The notes beneath the pieces are model-generated. The model searched no databases. It had not been told where the DNA came from and saw only the letters and a list, made by a program, of their open reading frames with translations. DNA of 27,289 nucleotides from a virus (lineage: Duplodnaviria > Caudoviricetes). Numbering within the stretch: the stretch's first letter is position 1; the number at the start of each line of letters is the position of its first letter. The stretch covers positions 1 to 27,289 of IMG/VR virus record IMGVR_UViG_3300015201_000009. One strand, written 5' to 3'. This document shows positions 7,391-14,381 of the stretch, one piece after another. The translations under genes were made by a program, and so were the position numbers.

Positions 7391-7549
7391 ATGGAATACC
7401 GAGGCTACGAAATTGTTGAAGTTTTCTGCTACACAAATGGCAAGAGTGACTTTGAGGTTTACAAAGGAGAATTTGAGGGATGGTTTGAAATCAGAACGAC
7501 TATAGAGACAATCAAAAAATACATTGACGAACTTTTAACCGAAGCATAA
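7391..7549 (+). CDS. small hypothetical protein (52 aa)
   Basis: Manually translated MEYRGYEIVE...IKKYIDELLTEA; abuts neighbours. Confidence 0.6.
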   Translation: MEYRGYEIVEVFCYTNGKSDFEVYKGEFEGWFEIRTTIETIKKYIDELLTEA

Positions 7550-7551
7550 AT

Positions 7552-7917
7552 ATGAGCGACTTAGAAAAACAAGTTTTAGCCATTACTAATGCGGCTATTC
7601 ATGAATCAGTAAAAAAGGTTCTGACTGAATACGGTAGCCCATTGCACAAATTAGTTCATTCGGTTGTGGATGAGAACGCCAAAGAATTACGAGGTTTGAT
7701 TTCTGACAGCTTCACAACAGCTATAAGAACCGAAGACTTTAAGAAGTCTATATTGGACGCCTTTTCTCATAAGGTTTCGCGCTCAATCATCAGTAACAAT
7801 GACGGCCTATTTGATAAGGTTTCCAATGAACTAAAGCAAGACGCTATATTCAAGGCCAAGATGGCGGTAGCTGTTTCAAATGTAGTCAACGAATGTCTTA
7901 ACGAAAGAAAATCATGA
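7552..7917 (+). CDS. hypothetical protein
   Basis: 121 aa helical ORF. Confidence 0.7.
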   Translation: MSDLEKQVLAITNAAIHESVKKVLTEYGSPLHKLVHSVVDENAKELRGLISDSFTTAIRTEDFKKSILDAFSHKVSRSIISNNDGLFDKVSNELKQDAIFKAKMAVAVSNVVNECLNERKS

Positions 7918-8213
7918 GCATACTTATGTCCTCCCACTCCCCAACACAGCAGAGAACACCCCCCATGGTTTACAGCTACAAGATCAACGACGAGTACACC
8001 GAGCTTATCACAGACATCGACGGGCAGACAAAGCGTGTGCAATTGAAAATGGAGGCTACCCAGGAAGGCGGCGCGATGACTATCCACAAGCTGGATATAA
8101 CGTTGATCGACTATTTTCAAATGGCAGAATCGGAGGTAATCATGTCAGTGTTTAACGCTTTAGAGCTGACGAATCCGAAGAGTTTTGTAGAATGTATCCC
8201 GACAATTAACTGA
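7914..8213 (+). CDS. hypothetical protein
   Basis: Coupled ORF; start may be downstream. Confidence 0.6.
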   Translation: MSILMSSHSPTQQRTPPMVYSYKINDEYTELITDIDGQTKRVQLKMEATQEGGAMTIHKLDITLIDYFQMAESEVIMSVFNALELTNPKSFVECIPTIN

Positions 8214-8476
8214 TGAAACGCCTTATAATATACCTCTTTCTCCTTGCCTTATTCCTTCTTAATCTTGGATGCAAAGCTGAGGCAGCCCCTGGGGCCGAGA
8301 TTCAACAGACGTTCAAAGAGGCGATTATAATAGCCAAAAAACTAAACTGTTGGGTTGATTTTAATTTTAATGACGTTCAATGTATGGCATCTCCTGAAGG
8401 CAGTGATGAAAAAGGAGCGGCAGCATATCATGAGGCCATTCAATCTAAAAGAACCTATAAATTCGCCATATCATGA
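8213..8476 (+). CDS. putative lipoprotein
   Basis: MKR plus hydrophobic stretch plus LNLGC lipobox-like motif. Confidence 0.55.
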   Translation: MKRLIIYLFLLALFLLNLGCKAEAAPGAEIQQTFKEAIIIAKKLNCWVDFNFNDVQCMASPEGSDEKGAAAYHEAIQSKRTYKFAIS

Positions 8477-8718
8477 ACCTATTCAACACCCTTTTAAATC
8501 AGTTCTCTTCCGATCAGCTTAACTGCATTCTCGGAATGACAGAAGAGAAGATAGAAGTCGTACAACTTGCCCGGATGAAAGCAGAGTTAAAGGAAGACTC
8601 GGAGGAGGTTTCATGGCTTTTGAAGGACATCGACAAGGATCTGGAGACTTATCAGTTGTTCAAGATACAGCTTTTAAACGCAAAATTGGACGTAGAGCAA
8701 TTACAGCATTTAAACTAA
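8473..8718 (+). CDS. coiled-coil hypothetical protein
   Basis: ATGA-coupled ORF. Confidence 0.65.
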   Translation: MNLFNTLLNQFSSDQLNCILGMTEEKIEVVQLARMKAELKEDSEEVSWLLKDIDKDLETYQLFKIQLLNAKLDVEQLQHLN

Positions 8719-8827
8719 CGGGGGCCGATCTGTACTAACCTTTTTAAAACAACGGCTAATTACCGAAAAGGAAATGTAACGACGACGGGGAAGCCCCCTT
8801 TTTATTAACCTTAAACCGTAAAACGGA

Positions 8828-9226
8828 ATGGACGCTAAAAAAGCAAAGGTGACAAAGATCACCAAAATGGACAAACTTGATTCGTATAACAATACAAGTT
8901 TCGTCATCGAGTTTGAAAATGGGGATAAGGGTTTTTATACATCCAAGAACCCAGATCAAAAGAAATTCATAATAGGAAATGTGGCTGACTACACCATCGA
9001 ACAGAAGCAAGGGTCAAAGGGGTCTTACTTTAAAATAACCGTACCCCAGGACGCCCCCACGTTTAAAGGCGGCGGATTTGGTAAGGCTCCGGTAGACCCC
9101 AAAGTATCAATGATCAGCTATGCCGGAAGTTACACTAAAGATCTTGTGGTAGCCGGTAAGGTTCAAATGGCAGATTTTGAAAAGGAATTCAATAAGATTT
9201 ATTCACTATTTATCTCAAAGTTATGA
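8828..9226 (+). CDS. putative ssDNA-binding/recombination-module protein
   Basis: Beta-rich N-terminus (IEFENGDKG), Gly-rich linker; function inferred only. Confidence 0.45.
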   Translation: MDAKKAKVTKITKMDKLDSYNNTSFVIEFENGDKGFYTSKNPDQKKFIIGNVADYTIEQKQGSKGSYFKITVPQDAPTFKGGGFGKAPVDPKVSMISYAGSYTKDLVVAGKVQMADFEKEFNKIYSLFISKL

Positions 9227-9693
9227 GCTCACCATCAAGCCTATTACATCTTAACCCCTCAACGTCCTCAGAGATACAGTTCTTTGCCTCATCAATCATC
9301 GAAGAGGTTAAGGGTGGTACAGAATCACCCCTGAGAGTTCTAATTCAACTGAGGGCAATAGAGAAGGCATCAAAGCAAATCCTGGAAGGGATCAAAGATG
9401 AGATTGTAACGGCGGCAGAAAAGTATCCTACCAAGGACTTTGAGTTGTGGGGGAACAAGCTAGAAAAATCCGAGGTAGGAATATCTTACGATTTTTCAGT
9501 ATGTCAGGATCCAACTTACGAAAGATTGGAAGTAGATTTCAATACCGCAAAAGAACGTCTTGACGAAAGGAAAGAATTTCTTAAAAGGATAAAGGTGCCC
9601 ACTCCGGTAGGTGACGTCGTAACTGGGGAGCTGGTTACGATTCACCCACCACAACGGACCTCAACTACAGGTGTAAAGGTAACCATAAAGTAA
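9223..9693 (+). CDS. conserved-type phage hypothetical protein
   Basis: YDFS.C.DP...K.R..FLK...TGE...PP motif. Confidence 0.7.
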   Translation: MSSPSSLLHLNPSTSSEIQFFASSIIEEVKGGTESPLRVLIQLRAIEKASKQILEGIKDEIVTAAEKYPTKDFELWGNKLEKSEVGISYDFSVCQDPTYERLEVDFNTAKERLDERKEFLKRIKVPTPVGDVVTGELVTIHPPQRTSTTGVKVTIK

Positions 9694-10055
9694 TGGACGG
9701 ATTACTACTACCGGTTATTGTAACCCAGATCCGCAGCAAGGTTGACGGATCCATATCAGTAGCGATTGAAACCCAGGAACTAAGCCCGTCAAAAGCAGGG
9801 GAGCTATTCTCTTTACGCGGGAAAGTTGCTATGATGTATCTTTCTCCAAAGGACGTAGTTACCCAAAAGGAAATGGATCAGGTGAATTCGATTAACACGG
9901 ATATGCCAGCGGGTAAAACACCATCGAAACGAATGTACAACGTTCTTTTTATCCTATGGAAACAGGACAACGAAGGCTATAAAGATTTCAACCTTTATTA
10001 CATATCCAAGATGGAAAAGTATATAAATTCACTCAAAGAAAACATTAAAGACTGA
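9693..10055 (+). CDS. conserved-type phage hypothetical protein
   Basis: DGS....ETQEL...KTPS.R...VL..LW.Q...F..YY motif. Confidence 0.7.
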   Translation: MDGLLLPVIVTQIRSKVDGSISVAIETQELSPSKAGELFSLRGKVAMMYLSPKDVVTQKEMDQVNSINTDMPAGKTPSKRMYNVLFILWKQDNEGYKDFNLYYISKMEKYINSLKENIKD

Positions 10056-10131
10056 TGACCTTTCGCGGAATAATCCAGACAGTTATATTGACGCAACTCG
10101 TTTGCGGTTTAATTCTATTATCACTACCAAT

Positions 10132-10368
10132 ATGAACGATAAAATAACAATTCATAACCCTTACCCAGTAATCCTATTTTGGATACTGATACTTGTTACA
10201 ATGGTCCTTACAGCTACTGTTTTATTCGATTTAAAAAAGACTAACCGTGTAGCCACAGAAATGCAACAGCATGGATCAGATATGGTATCAAACTTCTTTG
10301 CTCGAGAGATGGACAAGGTTAAAGCCGAAAGGGATTCACTTCAGATACTTCTAAATAAATGCCAATGA
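10132..10368 (+). CDS. single-pass membrane protein
   Basis: VILFWILILVTMVLTATVLF TM segment then coiled coil. Confidence 0.6.
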   Translation: MNDKITIHNPYPVILFWILILVTMVLTATVLFDLKKTNRVATEMQQHGSDMVSNFFAREMDKVKAERDSLQILLNKCQ

Positions 10369-10529
10369 GACCCTATTTTTTTACAATCACCGTTTTAATA
10401 GTTCTTATCGGAGTCACTTTTTTTGCAGAAAGCGACACACAGGCCATTCGTTGGTATTTAGGGAATATACTTGGTTGCCTTGGATTCATAGCTGATCGAG
10501 TAGGTAGAAAATATTATTCTAAAGAGTAA
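10365..10529 (+). CDS. small two-TM membrane protein (54 aa)
   Basis: Manually translated MRPYFFTITVLIVLIGVTFF...; ATGA overlap. Confidence 0.55.
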   Translation: MRPYFFTITVLIVLIGVTFFAESDTQAIRWYLGNILGCLGFIADRVGRKYYSKE

Positions 10530-10539
10530 CTAACCTGGC

Positions 10540-10914
10540 ATGTACTATTGTTCTAATTTTAATTGTAAGCGTATGAAGCATAAATTTGAAGTAGGGGATA
10601 CAGTAATAGCCCTTACAAATCCAGGCGACCATCTTTCTCAACCAAGAGTTAAAGGTAATATCTACACAGTTGTAGCCGTTTTGTATTGTGCTAATTGTGG
10701 GCGTCAAAAGGTAAATATAGGACCAACGACTGATTCGTGGCATACTTACTCATGCAGTAGCTGTCATACTAAATGGCCATGTTACGGTAAGTATTGGACT
10801 GACTCAAAATACTTCGCTAAAGTAGATGAGGATACGCTTAAGCAAGCGGTTGAAGCTGAAGAATACGAAATTGCTCAAACCCTTTATAAAGAGATTTTCC
10901 CCCCACTCAACTGA
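10540..10914 (+). CDS. Cys-rich hypothetical protein with UVR-like C-terminus
   Basis: CANC, CSSC; LKQAVEAEEYEIA. Confidence 0.65.
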   Translation: MYYCSNFNCKRMKHKFEVGDTVIALTNPGDHLSQPRVKGNIYTVVAVLYCANCGRQKVNIGPTTDSWHTYSCSSCHTKWPCYGKYWTDSKYFAKVDEDTLKQAVEAEEYEIAQTLYKEIFPPLN

Positions 10915-10921
10915 TACAGAG

Positions 10922-11209
10922 ATGACAGCAAAGAAATATTTAGGAGATGGTGTGTATGCTGAAAATGATGGATTTGGGATAATCCTAACAACTGAAAACG
11001 GCATTGAGACGCTAAAATCTATTTACTTGGAGCCCTCAGTATACCGTGAGCTTATCAGGTATGTTGAAAACGTTAACCAGCCTCCGGCAGACGTAGCGTT
11101 GTTAAAGAAAGCTTTTGACGCAGGTATGAATGCAGCAACTTTTAACGGTCGCCCAGGAATATCGGACTCGCCTCAATTTGAAGAATGGCTTAAAATCAGT
11201 AAGTTATGA
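10922..11209 (+). CDS. hypothetical phage protein
   Basis: YLGDGVYA..DG..I.LTTENG motif; likely start MTAKK. Confidence 0.7.
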   Translation: MTAKKYLGDGVYAENDGFGIILTTENGIETLKSIYLEPSVYRELIRYVENVNQPPADVALLKKAFDAGMNAATFNGRPGISDSPQFEEWLKISKL

Positions 11210-11245
11210 GACTCCCCCGTAAGCTAAAGAAGAAAGCATGACAAT

Positions 11246-11413
11246 ATGAACAAAGAAGAGCTTATCAAGCATAAAGAAAACCTTGAATCAGAACTGAAAA
11301 CCGACGAACTGGCTTTACAGCGTTTAAAGGCACGCGTAGACTATCAGAAAAAGTATCTGAAGCTATGCGAAGAGCAAATCAAGTCGCTGGAAGAAGAAAA
11401 GCAACCTGTATGA
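11246..11413 (+). CDS. small coiled-coil protein (55 aa)
   Basis: Manually translated MNKEELIKH...; ATGA overlaps. Confidence 0.6.
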   Translation: MNKEELIKHKENLESELKTDELALQRLKARVDYQKKYLKLCEEQIKSLEEEKQPV

Positions 11414-11589
11414 AGAAACCCCTTATATTCGAAGTATTACGCTCAAAGAAAGAGTTCTACTTCCGGCTGAAGGCTCACAATGGACGCATTTTAGCTCATT
11501 CTGAGACCTATAAAAGACGCGCCACAGTGCTTAAATTGATCGACAGTTTCAATAACAAGCCTTTCGAGGTTAAAGATCTAACGAAATGA
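11410..11589 (+). CDS. YegP/DUF1508-like protein
   Basis: FE......FYFRLKA.NG.IL..SE.Y. Confidence 0.75.
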   Translation: MKKPLIFEVLRSKKEFYFRLKAHNGRILAHSETYKRRATVLKLIDSFNNKPFEVKDLTK

Positions 11590-11834
11590 AAACAGTAAAA
11601 AGGAACATCTACAGGAGCTGCGCTATGATCATGGTTTTGATTAACGCAGGGTTAGGTTTCTGGGATTTGAGTAAAGGTGAACCCAGTCATTTTCATCATT
11701 TGATGAGCACATTGTACTTCTGTACTTTCCTCATTTTAAGTCAGATTGACCGATCAGCCAAAGACTCAAAAACGGTCGAAATAGCAAAAGATTGGCCCTC
11801 TAAAGGCGTTAAAATGAAAATGTTCGACTTCTGA
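11586..11834 (+). CDS. small membrane protein
   Basis: Two hydrophobic segments. Confidence 0.6.
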   Translation: MKTVKRNIYRSCAMIMVLINAGLGFWDLSKGEPSHFHHLMSTLYFCTFLILSQIDRSAKDSKTVEIAKDWPSKGVKMKMFDF

Positions 11835-11835
11835 T

Positions 11836-12135
11836 ATGTTCATTAAAGACATCCGTAAGCAAGGAAGACAAGGAAGAACGTATAAGCATGCCGCTTCTTT
11901 CGACTATACTTCTCCCGCCTGGAGATCGTTAAGAGCCCGTAAGCTTCAAATGAGCCCTTACTGCGAGTGTCCTGATTGTGAAGGTTTGAATGTTAAGGCG
12001 GACATGGTTGATCACAAACAAAGGATTGAAGATGGCGGAGATCCTTGGGCTATGAGTAATCTTCAGTCCATGAAGAATCATCCTTGCCATGATAAAAAAC
12101 GAGCCCGCGAGAAGAACGAAAAATACAAGAAATGA
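11836..12135 (+). CDS. terminase-associated HNH endonuclease (HK97 gp74-like)
   Basis: Y....WR.LR...L...P.C...VDH......GG.....NLQ.....CH..K; upstream of TerS. Confidence 0.85.
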   Translation: MFIKDIRKQGRQGRTYKHAASFDYTSPAWRSLRARKLQMSPYCECPDCEGLNVKADMVDHKQRIEDGGDPWAMSNLQSMKNHPCHDKKRAREKNEKYKK

Positions 12136-12488
12136 AACCTGACTTTTTACTCTCTTCTTTTGAAGAAATGAAAGCTCACATCGAAAATGAGTTAAGGGAG
12201 ACTATTGCCTATCATTACGAAGCCCGTTTAATCCTTCAAGATAGAATATTCACCTTTGAATTCATGGGCCACAGCACCCCTTATGAGCGATTAGGAGAGA
12301 TCATATTTGAATTTGAGCACTTGATTGAATACATGATCCCTGAGCAATACAGGCCCGACAGATCAGTTTACCAGGATATTATTGATAGAGCAATAGAGAA
12401 CCTCAACAGAAGTAGAATCTTCTTGAATCTACCGATCAAAGGTTACTCATACCCTGGAATAATAATTGTAAACAAAGACATAGTATGA
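12132..12488 (+). CDS. hypothetical protein
   Basis: ATGA-coupled ORF. Confidence 0.6.
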   Translation: MKPDFLLSSFEEMKAHIENELRETIAYHYEARLILQDRIFTFEFMGHSTPYERLGEIIFEFEHLIEYMIPEQYRPDRSVYQDIIDRAIENLNRSRIFLNLPIKGYSYPGIIIVNKDIV

Positions 12489-12706
12489 GCGAAGAAAAAG
12501 ACCATCGGGAATACAGCTACGCAAAGCACTTTAACCTGGACTATGATAAACCGCGTTACCGGATCACTATCGTCCCAAAAGTGCTATTTTGGGAGATAAC
12601 ATATGTTTGGATGTTAAAGCATTGGGGGAAACGAGAGGCGGAACATTCTAGTCATAAATTCCAAGATTACGGCGATCTCCTGTATTATCGGAAGGTGAAG
12701 ATTTAG
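12485..12706 (+). CDS. hypothetical protein
   Basis: Coupled ORF. Confidence 0.5.
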   Translation: MSEEKDHREYSYAKHFNLDYDKPRYRITIVPKVLFWEITYVWMLKHWGKREAEHSSHKFQDYGDLLYYRKVKI

Positions 12707-12797
12707 TAGCCAATATTGCCCCGTTTGTAAGAGACGAGAAGCCATCGAAATTGAAGTATTACAAATCAAAGATTTTAAAGGGATTAGGCTTACAGAA

Positions 12798-13082
12798 ATG
12801 ATAATTAAAAGCAAAACAGTATTCAAAATATCCCTATTCGGTTGGGAATTAGTCATTTTACGCTATCCGACAACTAAGAAATACGAAAAGGAACAGGGAA
12901 TAAGACCAAGCGGTGTTTATATCAAGCGAGAAGGCAACTTTCTTTTAGCGGTCGATAAAGAAGGTCATTATCTACATCCTCAAATATCCCTTACTATTAA
13001 TGACGGCGTTGGCGGCCCTTCCACGGTAACAGTAGAATACTTCTTTGCTGGCATATATGAAGAACAAAAACCGGTTGTATGA
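12798..13082 (+). CDS. hypothetical protein
   Basis: 94 aa ORF. Confidence 0.6.
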   Translation: MIIKSKTVFKISLFGWELVILRYPTTKKYEKEQGIRPSGVYIKREGNFLLAVDKEGHYLHPQISLTINDGVGGPSTVTVEYFFAGIYEEQKPVV

Positions 13083-13318
13083 GTAAGAAAGACGAACTAA
13101 ACGAGGCAATGAAGCAACTACTACCTGAAAGCATTTATCTTCATTCTATGCGTTGTACACAGCTAGAGTACACATCTGAACCAACAGAAGTTTATTGTGG
13201 ATCATCACCAATACCTACCATAGTATCCACATACCAATCATACACTTTCAGCCTTGTTGATGATAAGACTGACACCCAAGTGGTAATCACAGTCAATAAG
13301 ACAATTAACCATATATGA
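13079..13318 (+). CDS. hypothetical protein
   Basis: ATGA-coupled ORF. Confidence 0.6.
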   Translation: MSKKDELNEAMKQLLPESIYLHSMRCTQLEYTSEPTEVYCGSSPIPTIVSTYQSYTFSLVDDKTDTQVVITVNKTINHI

Positions 13319-13569
13319 TACAAACACTAATTAAACTATTCATCCCTAAGCGCAATAAGCCTTACGTGAGAGCATTAAAAACCATATCATACACCGGTAA
13401 CACACTCTCTCTATGGTATGGTGGAGCTGATTACTATGAGTACCTTAATATCGATGGCAGATGGCACAGGAAGAGCTCAAAGAAAAAGGTTAATAGTGAT
13501 AAGCAAGTTGAATTAGATAACCTGGTAGCGTCGTATAAATCAACAGGGAGGGGTAGGTCTAAGGCTTGA
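13315..13569 (+). CDS. hypothetical protein
   Basis: ATGA-coupled ORF ending in GRGRSKA over the G-rich cos-like tract. Confidence 0.6.
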   Translation: MIQTLIKLFIPKRNKPYVRALKTISYTGNTLSLWYGGADYYEYLNIDGRWHRKSSKKKVNSDKQVELDNLVASYKSTGRGRSKA

Positions 13570-13645
13570 TAGTAAAGTACCCGAAACCGCGGGTTCGCAA
13601 ATTTTTCTTCGCTAAACTGGACTAAGACGGGGGTCAACTAAGGAT
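13545..13645. other. probable cos/packaging-initiation region
   Basis: G-rich GGGAGGGGTAGGTC, imperfect dyad CGAAACCGCGGGTTCG, T-tract, just upstream of TerS; apparent A/C- to G-rich skew change. Confidence 0.5.
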
Positions 13646-13659
13646 ATAGTTATAAAAAT

Positions 13660-14037
13660 ATGGCATATTTAAGTGAAAGAGGGCTTTTTATCTTCAAGGA
13701 ACTTGAAAAGCATTGTAAGGAGAAGTTGAAAATGTTGGCGGTGGACTCGTACGAGCTTGAGATGCTGGCGAATGCGTTTGCTATGTACGAAGAGTGCGCC
13801 CGGGTATGTAATGAAAGCGGGGTAAGCATGTCGTTCACCAATGACAAGGGCGGCGTCTATCAGCAGATCAGGCCAGAATACACGGTTATGAAGAACGAGT
13901 ATGGGAATATTCTGAAGCACTCGGGGAAGTTCGGGCTGAATCCAGGGGATCGGGATAAGATATTCAAAGGGCTGAAGGACGAAGGGAAGAAAAAGAAGGG
14001 TTTTGATACGGACGGAAACTTAAAGATTGCCAAATAA
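13660..14037 (+). CDS. terS: terminase small subunit (P27 family)
   Basis: D...L...A.....Y...G......P...........FGL.P..R motif; position. Confidence 0.9.
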   Translation: MAYLSERGLFIFKELEKHCKEKLKMLAVDSYELEMLANAFAMYEECARVCNESGVSMSFTNDKGGVYQQIRPEYTVMKNEYGNILKHSGKFGLNPGDRDKIFKGLKDEGKKKKGFDTDGNLKIAK

Positions 14038-14045
14038 TATTCTGT

Positions 14046-14381
14046 ATGTTCTGGAAGAAGTCTCAAAAAAAGCCGGGGTTAGACAAAGAGGCGTTAAAAA
14101 TAACCAAAGGAAATTCTGAATTGGTCCTTTTTACTCCAACCAATTACGAAGGAAATGTAACGTATGGCGAGTTCTATTCGGTCGACATTTGCCCGAAGTG
14201 TCATGCGGTTTTAGATGACAAGAAGGCCCGTTATTATTCAAGATGTTGCTATAAGTGTGGGCATACAAACTGCGACACACTCTTTGACACGGAGAAAGTA
14301 ACGGTTAGAGATGTGTATGTTAATGGGAAATTCACCGAGACGATAGTTCATGAAAAAGAAAATCGGATCGGGCAAAGATGA
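14046..14381 (+). CDS. zinc-binding hypothetical protein between terS and terL
   Basis: CPKC...CYKC; ATGA-coupled to terL. Confidence 0.65.
   Translation: MFWKKSQKKPGLDKEALKITKGNSELVLFTPTNYEGNVTYGEFYSVDICPKCHAVLDDKKARYYSRCCYKCGHTNCDTLFDTEKVTVRDVYVNGKFTETIVHEKENRIGQR

Noticed and set aside
11058-11071. GGTATGTTGAAAAC shared with the minus strand near 1107-1120
   Set aside because: Both encode RYVEN in unrelated genes 10 kb apart; likely chance
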